DNA of 64,000 nucleotides from Deltaproteobacteria bacterium. Lineage in GTDB: Bacteria > Myxococcota > Kuafuiibacteriia > Kuafuiibacteriales > Kuafuiibacteriaceae. The stretch covers positions 114,508 to 178,507 of the forward strand of contig JAVJQW010000055.1 of NCBI GenBank assembly GCA_040218735.1, read 5' to 3'. The translations under genes were made by a program, and so were the position numbers. Shown piece by piece: positions 1-10,010 of the stretch; within the stretch, counting starts at the first letter, position 1; every line of letters begins with the position of its first letter. Below the pieces are notes generated by a model. The model had not been told where the DNA came from and did not search any database. It saw only the letters and a program-made list of their open reading frames with translations.

Positions 1-2
1 GG

Positions 3-2285
3 CACCTTGAAGTCGAAGGCGAACCCACCGAGCTTCGACAGCTTCGTCTCACCCTTCGCGAACTCATTTCCGCGCGCGTCGCGCACCTTGTAGACGAGGC
101 GCCCTTCGTGCGCACCGAGCGATGCGACGTCGCCGTCCGGGCCTCGCGTCGTGCGGCGGAGGAAGCCCTTGATGTGCACGTCCTCCTTCGGCTTGTAGAG
201 GCCGCGGTCGTCGAAGACGAAGTAACGGTAGCCGTCCGACTGCTCGTGCTGGATCCAGCTGCTGCCGCTCGAGCTCCAGTGGTTCTCGGGGAGGAGCGCG
301 ACGTCGTCGCCGCGCTTCGCAATCAAGAGCGCCGAGCGGTCGGGGCTCTTCGGCGGGAGGGCGAGCGTCGCGTAACCCTGTGCGTCAGCGGTGGCGGTCA
401 TCGGCGTGTTGGGCAGGACGGAGAGCTCCGCGGCGACGCCCGCGCCGTCGCTCAGCCGGGTGGCGAAGGTGTGCAGATCGGCGTGGTCGATCAGCGCGTC
501 GAGGCCGATGTTCGTGACCTGCACCCAGCGGATCGCGCCGGGCCAGTACCACGAACGCTTCGGGTCGGGCTTGAAGCCGGCCGGTTGCACCCGGATGACG
601 AGCTGTCCGTAGAAGTCGGTGAGCGCCGACGTGATATCGACCTTCGTCTCGACGAGTGTGTCTTGTCCGTCGGGTGCGTCGACGACGCCCGAGAAGACCT
701 TCTTACCCGGCATGCGCGGAGCGTTCTTCTCGCGGTGGCGACGTTTGTAGTCGAGCCAGGCGTACCAGTCCTTCGGCTCGACCTTGTGGATGAGTACGTC
801 GAGTTTGTCGTAATTGATCGTGTAGACCGACAAACTCGGTTTCTTCGTGCGCTCGAGCACCATGAAGTCACCGCCCGGAATGGTGAGCTGTGGCGCGGCG
901 GGTCCGACGGCGATCTTGGTGTCGATCGCCTTGACCAGCTTCTGCCCGTAGACGTCCTCGAGCTCGGTACCGACGCGGAGGCGGTACGTCGTGCGCCCGA
1001 CCGTCTTGCCCTGGATGTGAATCGAGCCGCCGCCGCTCGTGACCTTCACGTCCTCGATCGGCGGGTCGATTTTCACCATCTTCGCGTCGAAGTTCCCCAT
1101 CGAGTTCGTCAGCTCGAGGGTGAAGGGCGCGCCGGGGTAACACGTCCCGCCCCACGCGCAGCGCGCGCGTCGGAACTCGAACGGACCGTACGTCTTGAAC
1201 CGGTAGGTCTGGGTCTTGGTGGTCTTACGCGGGCCCTCCGCGGAAGGGAGTCCCTTCTCGAACACGACTTCGACGCTGGTCGCCTTCGGGAGCGGGCGCT
1301 GCACGACGAAAGCGATCGCGCGCTCCTCCTCCTGCGCGAGGCGCGCGGTGTAGCCGGCCGCCTCGATCTCCGCGGCCGTCGCGATGCGCGTCGCGACCCG
1401 CTTGCGGCCGGCCTTCACGGTGACCCGCGCGAGGACCGCCTTGGCGTCGACGCGCTGGTCGAACGTCGCGTACATCAGCGGCGTCAGGTTCGTGGTTCCG
1501 CCCGGCGAGAACGACTTCACCTGCGGGGGTGGCGTTCGGAACGTGTACTTCTCGGGCTCCTGCAGCGGTCCGCCGGTCTGGGACTTCAGCCCGGCGGGGA
1601 TCGCGACCGTGAACGCGGTCGCCATCGGGAAGCGTGGCTTCGGCTCGAACAGCAGCGTGCGCGTGCCCGCCCAGCGCCACTGCCCCTCGACCTTCGGAGA
1701 CAGGTTGGCCGGGAGGGCCTCCGCGAGCACCTGGTCGACGCTCGAAACCGGGACCATCGGCTGGGAGAACGTGATCGACAGGTGCGGCGCGAGCGGCACG
1801 TCGCCCTGCGGTTGCATCCGCTCGATCTTCAGCGGCTCGACCTGCGGCGCGGGTGGCTTCGGCCGGCTCACCTCGGGAGGGAACTTACCGAGCGTCGTCG
1901 CTCCGGCGAGCGGGAGCTTGCGCGTCGATGCGCGCATCGCGAAGTCGGCGCGGTCGGACGCCTTCGCGTCGATCGGCGGGAGGCGTGCGAGGAGGGGTTC
2001 AACCTCCGCCTTCGACAGCGCCCGAACCTCGGTCTTCTTCGCCGGCGGCGCGGCGGACTCCACGGGCGGCGGTTGCCCGTCGGTGAGCTCGAAGAGGAGC
2101 CCGCTCCCGCTCGGCTTGTCGGCGCCGGTCTTCAGCGTGATGTCACGGCTCGCGTGAATCTCGGTGGGCGGCGGCGCGCTCTTGGGCGGCGCCTTCGCCG
2201 GGGGCGGCGCCGGACTCTTGCCGGAGCGATCCGCAGAGCAGGCGAGCGCGAACAGAGCGAGCACGATCGAGGTACGCCGAAGCAT
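3..2285 (-). CDS. Bacterial alpha-2-macroglobulin family lipoprotein (5' part; runs off window start)
   Basis: Manual translation from ATG 2285: MLRRTSIVLALFALAC (lipobox), Ig-like segments (LSITFSQPMV, WRWAGTRTLLFEP), MG2-type FVFDDRGLYKPKEDVHIKG. Missing from the ORF track because no stop lies within the window. Confidence 0.85.
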   Translation of the reverse strand, partial: MLRRTSIVLALFALACSADRSGKSPAPPPAKAPPKSAPPPTEIHASRDITLKTGADKPSGSGLLFELTDGQPPPVESAAPPAKKTEVRALSKAEVEPLLARLPPIDAKASDRADFAMRASTRKLPLAGATTLGKFPPEVSRPKPPAPQVEPLKIERMQPQGDVPLAPHLSITFSQPMVPVSSVDQVLAEALPANLSPKVEGQWRWAGTRTLLFEPKPRFPMATAFTVAIPAGLKSQTGGPLQEPEKYTFRTPPPQVKSFSPGGTTNLTPLMYATFDQRVDAKAVLARVTVKAGRKRVATRIATAAEIEAAGYTARLAQEEERAIAFVVQRPLPKATSVEVVFEKGLPSAEGPRKTTKTQTYRFKTYGPFEFRRARCAWGGTCYPGAPFTLELTNSMGNFDAKMVKIDPPIEDVKVTSGGGSIHIQGKTVGRTTYRLRVGTELEDVYGQKLVKAIDTKIAVGPAAPQLTIPGGDFMVLERTKKPSLSVYTINYDKLDVLIHKVEPKDWYAWLDYKRRHREKNAPRMPGKKVFSGVVDAPDGQDTLVETKVDITSALTDFYGQLVIRVQPAGFKPDPKRSWYWPGAIRWVQVTNIGLDALIDHADLHTFATRLSDGAGVAAELSVLPNTPMTATADAQGYATLALPPKSPDRSALLIAKRGDDVALLPENHWSSSGSSWIQHEQSDGYRYFVFDDRGLYKPKEDVHIKGFLRRTTRGPDGDVASLGAHEGRLVYKVRDARGNEFAKGETKLSKLGGFAFDFKV

Positions 2286-2368
2286 GACGGCTGCTTAACA
2301 CGGGCTCGGGTCGGGGGCGCGCCGCGCCGAGTGATCTCTCGGCGGTTCTGTGTCAGGAAGGGCGGACG

Positions 2369-3091
2369 ATGAGCAGCAACCCGTTTGCCACGCCGCGCGC
2401 GAGCGCGGACCTCGAAGACGACAGCGGGCCCATTCCGCACCGGGGGCCGGTCAAGGCGGACTTGCGTCCGATCGAGCTGCTCAAGCGCGGTAAGGATCTC
2501 ATCAGCGATCAATATTGGACGTTCTTTGGCGTGACGGGCCTCGGCATCCTGGTCGGTTCGGCGGCGCCCTTCGGCATCATCCTCGGACCGATGATGTGCG
2601 GCATGTACCTGTGCCTGGTTCGGAAGGCGCGCGGCGACGACTCCGTGACCGTGAACGACCTGTTCAAGGGCTTCGACTTCTTCAAGCAGGGCTTCATCGC
2701 GATGATGATCGGGACGGTCGCGATCCTCTTGGCCATCGTCCCGTTCATGATCGCGCTGGTGGTGACGATCCGGAGCGACCCGGACTCGTTCATCGCGGTG
2801 CTCTTGTCCATGTACGCGGCCATCTTCGCTCTGAGCATGCTCGTCAACGTGTTCATGATGTTCGCGTTCCCGCTCATCGTGGATCGCGGCTACACCGCGA
2901 TCGATGCGCTGAAGACGAGCTTTCGCGCGGCGAAGATGAACCTGGGCGGGCTCCTCCTCCTCTCGCTCACGAGCGCGGTGGCCGGCCTCGTCCTCGCGCT
3001 CATGTGTTACGTCCCGGCGTTCCTGTTCATGCCGGTGAGCTTCGCGGCGTTCACGCTCGCGTACCTCGAGATCTTCCCCGACGCGGAGTGA
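2369..3091 (+). CDS. Integral membrane protein (DUF975/BPSS1780-like)
   Basis: N-terminal NPFATP, about 5 hydrophobic helices, FAFPLIVDRG...AIDALKTSF pattern. Confidence 0.65.
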   Translation: MSSNPFATPRASADLEDDSGPIPHRGPVKADLRPIELLKRGKDLISDQYWTFFGVTGLGILVGSAAPFGIILGPMMCGMYLCLVRKARGDDSVTVNDLFKGFDFFKQGFIAMMIGTVAILLAIVPFMIALVVTIRSDPDSFIAVLLSMYAAIFALSMLVNVFMMFAFPLIVDRGYTAIDALKTSFRAAKMNLGGLLLLSLTSAVAGLVLALMCYVPAFLFMPVSFAAFTLAYLEIFPDAE

Positions 3092-3116
3092 GCCGGCGGC
3101 CGAGCTGCGAAACCGA

Positions 3117-4766
3117 TCAGGCGAGGCGATCCGAGAGGGCTTCGGTTCCGTCACCGCGGATGAGTTGGTCCGCCATGCGCTCGGCCACCGCCGCGATCGT
3201 GAGTGATGGGTTCACGCCGAGCGCGGAGGGGATGACGGCGCCATCCATCACGAAGAGGTTTCGATTGGTGAACGACTCGCCGTTGGCGTTGACGATCCCC
3301 TCGGTGGGTTCGTCGGCCATGCGGCACCCGCCCAAGGGGTGGGACGTGTTGACGGTGCCGTCCTTGCGGTAGTTGTCGAGGAACAACTCACCGCCGAGGG
3401 CTTCGTAGATCCGGCGCATGGCGTCCACGGCTGCGCTCCAGCGCTCCTCGGTGCGGGCGGAGGTCTCGCGCCACCGGACCTGAACGCGGTCGCCGCTGAG
3501 GCCGATCTCACCTTCACACGCGTCGAGCGCGAGGCACCCCATCGTCAGGGAGCGCGCGCCGAACTCGGTGAGTTGTCGTTTGAAGTCGAAGCCCCAGTGA
3601 CGGTGGCGTCTGCCGTCGTCACGCTCCGCGACGGTCGTGGAGCCGCGGCCGGTCGCGTCGGGGTGTTTCGGCGGGGACAGCGTCGAGATCTGTTCGAGCG
3701 CGGTGTAGAGCGGCGCCGCGTAGAACGGGATGAGGATGAATTGATGCTCGGGCCAGAAGCTCGGGCAGAAGCTCGACATCGGCTTGCCCTTGAAGCTCTC
3801 CACCCGCATCTCGAAGTCCGCGCCGACGCGCCCGGTGACACCGTAGTCACCGTTGGAGGAGAGGTTCTGGCCGAGCACGGCGCGGCCGTTTTCTTCGTCG
3901 CCGCGGTCGAGCGCGCGTTCGCCGACGAAGTGGTCGCGCGAGCGCATCAGCAGCGCCGACGACGCGACGCACCCGGCGGCGACGATCAGTACGCGGCACT
4001 CGATCTCGAACTCGACCTTCCTGCCGCCGCGGGTGTCGACGCCCTTCACGACGTAGCCGTCGTTGGTCGGTGCGATCGTGTCGACGTCGTGGCCGGTGCG
4101 GAACTCGACGCCGGACGCGAGGGCGTCGGCGAGGTAGTTCTTCGTGAGGTCTTGCCGCCCCGAGAAGCGCTGGCCCTGGTTCCACCAGCCCTCGTTGGCG
4201 TCCTGGTAGTCGGCGAGCTTGAGCGGCGCCGCGGTGGCGCCGATTCGGCGGCAGCCCTCCGCGAACACGAAGTCGCGCTTCGTCGCGAGCTGCCAGTGCG
4301 GGACGGTGGCGTCCGTCCACTCCAGCTTGTGCACGCGGAGTTTGTCCTCGACGACGCGGTACCAGGGGTCGAGCGCGGCGCGGTCGAATCCGGACGGCCA
4401 GAGGCGTCGACCGCGGCGGGTCTGATCGAAGACGAGCTGCGGTGCCCGTAGGCTCACGCCGTCGTAGAGGAGCGAGCCGCCGCCGAGCCCTTTGCCGGTG
4501 ACGACGTTCATACTCGCGACGCCGTCGCGGTAGGCGCCTTCGGTGTCGGTGAACAGCTCGCCGATCTCCGTGAGGTAGGTCGGCGACAACGAGTGCGCGA
4601 AGCGGTTGCCCTGTTCGTTGACTGGGGGGCCGTCCGAGGCGGGGTCGAAGCGCCCCGTGGGGTCGATGCCCTTGTCGAGAACGAGGACGCGGTTCGCGGC
4701 GGCGCCGAGGCGCGCGGCGGCGACCGCGCCGCCGAAGCCGGAGCCGATGATCACCACGTCGTGCAT
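3117..4766 (-). CDS. GMC family oxidoreductase (cholesterol oxidase/gluconate dehydrogenase flavoprotein-like)
   Basis: Start MHDVVIIGSGFGG (FAD binding), GKGLGGGSL, C-terminal SHPLGGCRM and GVNPSLTIAAVAER; ATG overlaps the upstream stop. Confidence 0.88.
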   Translation of the reverse strand: MHDVVIIGSGFGGAVAAARLGAAANRVLVLDKGIDPTGRFDPASDGPPVNEQGNRFAHSLSPTYLTEIGELFTDTEGAYRDGVASMNVVTGKGLGGGSLLYDGVSLRAPQLVFDQTRRGRRLWPSGFDRAALDPWYRVVEDKLRVHKLEWTDATVPHWQLATKRDFVFAEGCRRIGATAAPLKLADYQDANEGWWNQGQRFSGRQDLTKNYLADALASGVEFRTGHDVDTIAPTNDGYVVKGVDTRGGRKVEFEIECRVLIVAAGCVASSALLMRSRDHFVGERALDRGDEENGRAVLGQNLSSNGDYGVTGRVGADFEMRVESFKGKPMSSFCPSFWPEHQFILIPFYAAPLYTALEQISTLSPPKHPDATGRGSTTVAERDDGRRHRHWGFDFKRQLTEFGARSLTMGCLALDACEGEIGLSGDRVQVRWRETSARTEERWSAAVDAMRRIYEALGGELFLDNYRKDGTVNTSHPLGGCRMADEPTEGIVNANGESFTNRNLFVMDGAVIPSALGVNPSLTIAAVAERMADQLIRGDGTEALSDRLA

Positions 4767-5554
4767 CAGAGCAGGTCTCCGTTGGCGTCGAGCAGGGTCG
4801 CGAGGTCCTCGCCGGGGGTCGGGGCGGGCGTGCGGTTGAAGGTGTAGTCGTCGAGCACGCCCGCGGCGGCGAGGGCGCCGAGGTCTTCCGTCTCGGCGTC
4901 GACGAGGCGTCCGTCCGTCGTGCGCGGGTAGCCGCGAATCGCGATGTTCGCCGCGGGATCCTCGAACGGGGGGAAGCCGATCGCGACGAGGCCGGCCTTG
5001 GACTCGCCGCCGCCGAGCCACGCGAGGAAACACGCCGCGCGGAGGAAGGTCAGGCCGACGGCGCGCTCCGGATCTTCGAAGCCTTCGTCGATCGCGGCTT
5101 CCTGGAGGTCGCGGGGGAGCCGGCGGAACGCGGTGAACGGGCGTTGGTCGAAGGCGAGCGCGTCGAGGTCGGCGGCGAGCACCAAGCGCACGGCGTCGTC
5201 GAACGCCTCGGGGGTTCGGTCGAGGACGGCGGGGAGGACGGGGAGCAGGTTGAGCTCCCGAGCGGCCGGAACGAAATTCGCGAGCGCCAACATCGCGAGG
5301 GTGTCGACGTCGTTCGCGCCGGGTGAGACGACTGACCCACTGGCGTCCCGCTCCGAGGGCAGGAGCACGTCGAACGCGACCCGCAGCGTGGCCTCCGCCT
5401 GGGTCAGCTCCTCGACCTCGCGGTACGTGTAGTTCTCGGGATCCAGGGCGTCGAACTTGCCTGGAGGGGGTTCTTCGGTGCGCACGCCGCAGGCCGCGCC
5501 CAGGCCGAGGAGGCCGAGCACCTGCATCACTTCGCGTCGGGAGAACCGCGTCAC
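4766..5554 (-). CDS. Tat-signal lipoprotein, gluconate 2-dehydrogenase subunit 3-like partner
   Basis: MTRFSRREVMQVLGLLGLGAAC (twin-Arg plus lipobox); SPGANDV; coupled to the GMC gene. Confidence 0.6.
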   Translation of the reverse strand: MTRFSRREVMQVLGLLGLGAACGVRTEEPPPGKFDALDPENYTYREVEELTQAEATLRVAFDVLLPSERDASGSVVSPGANDVDTLAMLALANFVPAARELNLLPVLPAVLDRTPEAFDDAVRLVLAADLDALAFDQRPFTAFRRLPRDLQEAAIDEGFEDPERAVGLTFLRAACFLAWLGGGESKAGLVAIGFPPFEDPAANIAIRGYPRTTDGRLVDAETEDLGALAAAGVLDDYTFNRTPAPTPGEDLATLLDANGDLL

Positions 5555-5667
5555 CGTATCGTGCGTGTAGCAGCGGTCGAGTCGGGGGCTCTATGACAAT
5601 TTCCTGGAGTACGACTCTCGGATCCTGAAATGGAAGAAATCCACTCGCCTACGTAACGCAGTAGGTC

Positions 5668-7566
5668 GTGGGTCGCTTCGTGGGTCATCGCGTGCTCGGC
5701 ATCGCTCTCGCGGTGTTCGGTCCCCCCGCGTGTTCCGCGGACCTGACCGTCGAGGCGCCGCTAGCCCCCCACGCGTGCGGCGCCTCGACGGGCCCACACG
5801 CCCACGACTACATCGTCGTCGGTTCGGGCGCGGGCGGCGGTCCGCTCGCCGCGCGCCTCGCACGCGCGGGGTGCCGTGTGCTCCTCCTCGAAGCCGGTGC
5901 CGACGTCGGCGGGCGCCTCGAGTACCAGGTGCCGGCGATGCACGCGCTCAGCACGGAGCACGAAGCGACGGCGTGGTCGTTCTTCGTCGGTCACCACGCC
6001 GATTCGTCGATCGACCGAGAGGACTCCAAGTACACGGACGCCGGAATCCTCTACCCACGCGGGAGTGCGCTCGGCGGCTCGACGGCGGTCAACGCGCTCG
6101 TCACCATCCGCCCCTCGCCGAGCGACTGGAATCGCCTCGCCCAGATCACCGGCGAGGCCGGCTTCCGCGCTGCGAACATGGACGGGTACTACGGCCGCGT
6201 CCGCGAGTGGCTCGACGTCGAGCTGCCGTCCCCCGAGCTCGCGGCCTCCGACGCGAAGATTGCGGACTACCTCATGGCCGCCGCCACCGCGTTTGCGAAG
6301 GACGAGGGGGCGCCGACGATCGACGGTCTGCCGGAGAACACCCGCGGCGCGGGCGCGCTGCACTCGCTCCTCGCGCACGACGTCAACGACGCCCTCGCCG
6401 ACGGGGAGACCGCCGGCCTGTTCCGCCTGCCGCTCGCGACGAGCGCGGGCAAGCGCAACGGCACCCGTGAGTTCCTCGTCGACACCGCGGCGGAGGGCTA
6501 CCCGCTCGAGATTCGCACCGGCGCGTTCGTGACCCGCGTCCTGTTCGAGCGGTTGTCGGCGCCGACGGCGGTCGGTGTGGAGTACCACCGCGGCGCGAAG
6601 CTCTACGGCGCGTCGATCGGCGCGCGCGGCGCGAGCGAGGGCGTCGAGGTCGCGTACGCGAACAACGAGGTCATCCTCGCGGCCGGCGCGTTCAACTCGC
6701 CGCAGCTGTTGATGCTGTCGGGCGTCGGCGATCCGGACCACCTCGCGGCGCACGGCATCGACGTCGTCGCGGCGCGCCCCGGCGTCGGTCGCAACCTGCA
6801 GGACCGCAACGAGGTTGCCGTCGTGACCGAGTTCGACGAGGCGATCGACACCGTCGCGCCGTGCTCGCTGGGTGACGCGGAGGAGGATGACCCGTGCCTC
6901 GAAGCGTGGACGGAGGGGCAGGGCGTGTACCGGACCACCGGCTTCCTCGGCACGGTGCTGAAGCGTTCAACCCCCGACGTCGCGCTCGCCGACCTGCAGG
7001 TGTTCGGCTCCCCCGGTGACGCGCGCGGCTACTACCCGGGTTACTCGAACGACGCGCTCGCGCAGGACGACCGCTTCTCGTGGCTCGTGCTCAAGGCGCA
7101 CACCGAGAACCGCGACGGCCGCGTTTCCCTCGTGAGCCGCGACCCGTTCACGCGCCCCGACATTCGATTCAACTACTTCGACGAGGCGAACCCACTCGCG
7201 GATCCGGATCTGAAGGCGGTCGTCGAGGGTGTGAAGTTCGTCCGCGAGATCATCGGAGAGATGCGCGACGACTACGACGAGGACGACCTCGTCGAGATCT
7301 GGCCCGGGCCGGAGGTGTCGACGGACGAAGCGATCGGCGAGTGGGTGCGGCGCGAGACGTGGGGCCACCACGCGTCGTGCTCCAACAAGATGGGCCTCGT
7401 CGACGACCCGATGGCGGTGGTGGACCCGACCTTCCGAGTCATCGGCGTCGACCGCCTCCGCGTGGTGGATGCGTCGGTCTTCCCGGAGATCCCGGGGACG
7501 TTCATCGCGGTGCCGACCTTCATGCTCTCCGAGCGTGCGGCCGACGTGATCCTGGAGGGCCTGTGA
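5668..7566 (+). CDS. GMC oxidoreductase (choline dehydrogenase-like), exported
   Basis: DYIVVGSGAGGG, YPRGSALGGSTAVN, EVILAAGAFNSPQLLMLSGVG, WGHHASCSNKMG, LRVVDASVFP; N-terminal signal with Cys. Confidence 0.9.
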   Translation: MGRFVGHRVLGIALAVFGPPACSADLTVEAPLAPHACGASTGPHAHDYIVVGSGAGGGPLAARLARAGCRVLLLEAGADVGGRLEYQVPAMHALSTEHEATAWSFFVGHHADSSIDREDSKYTDAGILYPRGSALGGSTAVNALVTIRPSPSDWNRLAQITGEAGFRAANMDGYYGRVREWLDVELPSPELAASDAKIADYLMAAATAFAKDEGAPTIDGLPENTRGAGALHSLLAHDVNDALADGETAGLFRLPLATSAGKRNGTREFLVDTAAEGYPLEIRTGAFVTRVLFERLSAPTAVGVEYHRGAKLYGASIGARGASEGVEVAYANNEVILAAGAFNSPQLLMLSGVGDPDHLAAHGIDVVAARPGVGRNLQDRNEVAVVTEFDEAIDTVAPCSLGDAEEDDPCLEAWTEGQGVYRTTGFLGTVLKRSTPDVALADLQVFGSPGDARGYYPGYSNDALAQDDRFSWLVLKAHTENRDGRVSLVSRDPFTRPDIRFNYFDEANPLADPDLKAVVEGVKFVREIIGEMRDDYDEDDLVEIWPGPEVSTDEAIGEWVRRETWGHHASCSNKMGLVDDPMAVVDPTFRVIGVDRLRVVDASVFPEIPGTFIAVPTFMLSERAADVILEGL

Positions 7567-8759
7567 GAGCGCTCGCCGCGTTGCCGCTGCTGCTCGTCGG
7601 GTGCGGCGGCGAGCTCGTGTACTGCACCGACCTCGCGGCCGAGCTCGCGGAGTGTGACGTCGCGGCGACCGAGCTGTCGTGTGAGCTCATCACGCTCGGC
7701 GACCGCGTCGCGCTGAAGAACGACTTCGACGCGCGCGGCTGCGACGCGGTGTGGAACGAAGACGGCGAGGTCGACGATCGCCTGTGTCGAGCCTTCAACT
7801 GGGACTGCCCGGAGCCGCTGCAACCCGCGCCGCACGAAGTGCCGCTCGCGAACCCCGTCGTGTTCGTGGGGGGCGTCGACAACGGCCCCGAGTTCGACTG
7901 GAACCCGGACGTCCTCGACCGCGTCGCGCGCGAGACCGGCGTCGATGTCTACCAGATCGCGCTGTCGGGCTGGGCACCGCGCGAGGTTCGCGCGCTCGAG
8001 CTGTGGCAAAAGATCCGTGTCGTCGCGACCGAGTCGCGGACGGGGCGCGTCAACCTGATCTGCTACGCGGTCGGCGGCCTCGACTGCCGGTTCCTCGTGA
8101 GCCCCGGCGGTCTGTTCGCGAACGACGCCGTGGGCGTCGAGGCGACCTCGAACGTCATCGCTTCGATCACCACGATCGCAACGCCGCACCGCGGAACCGA
8201 CGTCGCGTCCGCGGCGCTCTACGCTTCGGACGAGGTCCTCGGCGCGGTGCTCGGACAGCGCGCCTCCTCCGGCCGGACGGACGCCGACGTCGTGCGCTCC
8301 CTCGAAGAGCTGACACCCGAAGCGATGGTCGAATTCAACGAGGTCGTGGTCGACGCACCGGACGTCGCCTACTACTCGTGGGCCGGCGTCACCCACTTCC
8401 TCGGTTCGTCGTTGTTCGTGAGCGAGGCGTCGATCCTCGAGCACTGCGTGGACGACTGGGACCGCCCGTCGATGCTGCGCCACCCCGACACGCAGGATCT
8501 GATGAGTGACCTCCTCGCGCCGGCCGCGCCGTTCGCGGGCCGGACGATCGATGCGTCCGGCGCCACCGCGACGAGTCCGCACGACGGGATGGTCTCCGTC
8601 GTCAGCGCGAAGTGGGGCGCGTTCATCGGCTGCATCCCGGCCGACCACTACGACGTGATCGGGCAGCACCACGACGGTGGCGCCGATCCGTACACCGGGT
8701 TCGATACCACGCGCTTCTACGCGAGCTGGATTCAGCAGCTCTTCGAGCGGGGGTTCTGA
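7563..8759 (+). CDS. Lipase-family alpha/beta hydrolase lipoprotein lacking the nucleophile Ser
   Basis: GTG overlaps upstream stop; LLLVGC lipobox; VNLICYAVGGLDCR, TPHRGT, HDGMVS, DHYDVIG. Confidence 0.8.
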   Translation: MRALAALPLLLVGCGGELVYCTDLAAELAECDVAATELSCELITLGDRVALKNDFDARGCDAVWNEDGEVDDRLCRAFNWDCPEPLQPAPHEVPLANPVVFVGGVDNGPEFDWNPDVLDRVARETGVDVYQIALSGWAPREVRALELWQKIRVVATESRTGRVNLICYAVGGLDCRFLVSPGGLFANDAVGVEATSNVIASITTIATPHRGTDVASAALYASDEVLGAVLGQRASSGRTDADVVRSLEELTPEAMVEFNEVVVDAPDVAYYSWAGVTHFLGSSLFVSEASILEHCVDDWDRPSMLRHPDTQDLMSDLLAPAAPFAGRTIDASGATATSPHDGMVSVVSAKWGAFIGCIPADHYDVIGQHHDGGADPYTGFDTTRFYASWIQQLFERGF

Positions 8760-10009
8760 TGCGCCGCCCGTGGGTCATCGGTTGCCTCGCGCTCTTCGCC
8801 TGCGATGGGTTCGCGGTCGATCAGGATGAGCGCTGCGAGGCGCTGAACCAGTCGATGCACGACTGCCTCGGCGAAGGGTTCCCGGAGATCTCCTGCGCGG
8901 GGATGAGCGACGCCGACATCGAGACGTTCGTCGACGGCGTCGAAGACTCCGAGTGTGAGTACTGGCGCGATGCGCTCCCCCAGGACGGTGATCTGCGGGC
9001 GTCTTACTGCCGCCTGTACGACGACGGCTGCGCGGCGGCGCGCAACCCGGCGCCCGCGAAGGCACCGACGCGTTACCCGGTGTTGATGGTGAACGGCATC
9101 GATGTGTCGTTTGCATTCCGCTACAGCGACCGGATCTTCTACGTGATGCGCGAGGTCGCGGGGCACGACGTGCGCTTCGCGATCGTCCCGCCGTACGACG
9201 CGACGACGCGCCGCGCCGCGCGACTCTGGCAACACGTCCAGGACGTCAAAGCCGAGACCGGCGCCGAGAAGGTGAATCTGATCTGCCACTCGCTGGGGGG
9301 CCTCGACTGCCGCTACCTGGTGAGCCCCGGCGGGCTCCACTGGGAGGTCGAAGCGACGCACGAAGAGATCGTCGGTTCCGTCGCGTCGGTGTCGATGGTC
9401 TCGACCGCGCACCGCGGAACACGCGTCGCGGACGCTGCGCTCGGCGCGCTCCCCCACGCCGATCGTCGCGAGGCGCTCGACAGCATCGCGACGTTCGTCG
9501 GCGAGTGGTTCACGGAGGAGGCGCTCGAGCAGGACGTCGACCTGCGCGCGTCGGTCGCCGCGTTGAGCACGACGCAGGCGCGTGCGTTCAACGCGCAGAT
9601 CGTCGACGCCGCCGGCGTCTACTACCAGTCCTGGGGTGGCTTCTCGCGCCCCTTCGGCTCCGACTCCGCGTCGCACGACGAACGCCTCGCGGAGGTCTGC
9701 ACGCTCGACGACGGCACCGTCGCGGTGAGCACGTTCGCGGGTGAGCACGACTACCTCGCGACGTCGTTGTTGCCGAGCTACGAGATGGTCGGCCGCGAAG
9801 ACGACGCGCGCCCCGACGACATCGAGCCGAACGATGGCCTGTGCACGATCGCGTCCGCCAAGTGGGGGCGCTTCCGAGGCTGCATTCCGATCGACCACAT
9901 GGAGCAGCTCGGGCAACTCAACCTGCCCGACGCCAACGTTCGGACCGGATTCGACGTCGCGTTCTTCTACGCGAACATCGCGACTGAGCTCGCGGGGATG
10001 GGGTACTGA
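8759..10009 (+). CDS. Triacylglycerol lipase/esterase family lipoprotein
   Basis: ATG overlaps upstream TGA; LFAC lipobox; VNLICHSLGGLDCR, TAHRGT, NDGL, DHMEQLG. Confidence 0.85.
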   Translation: MRRPWVIGCLALFACDGFAVDQDERCEALNQSMHDCLGEGFPEISCAGMSDADIETFVDGVEDSECEYWRDALPQDGDLRASYCRLYDDGCAAARNPAPAKAPTRYPVLMVNGIDVSFAFRYSDRIFYVMREVAGHDVRFAIVPPYDATTRRAARLWQHVQDVKAETGAEKVNLICHSLGGLDCRYLVSPGGLHWEVEATHEEIVGSVASVSMVSTAHRGTRVADAALGALPHADRREALDSIATFVGEWFTEEALEQDVDLRASVAALSTTQARAFNAQIVDAAGVYYQSWGGFSRPFGSDSASHDERLAEVCTLDDGTVAVSTFAGEHDYLATSLLPSYEMVGREDDARPDDIEPNDGLCTIASAKWGRFRGCIPIDHMEQLGQLNLPDANVRTGFDVAFFYANIATELAGMGY

Positions 10010-10010
10010 C

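Noticed and set aside
108-2372. 754-aa plus-strand ORF
   Set aside because: Antisense shadow of the alpha-2-macroglobulin gene; Arg-rich with no motifs
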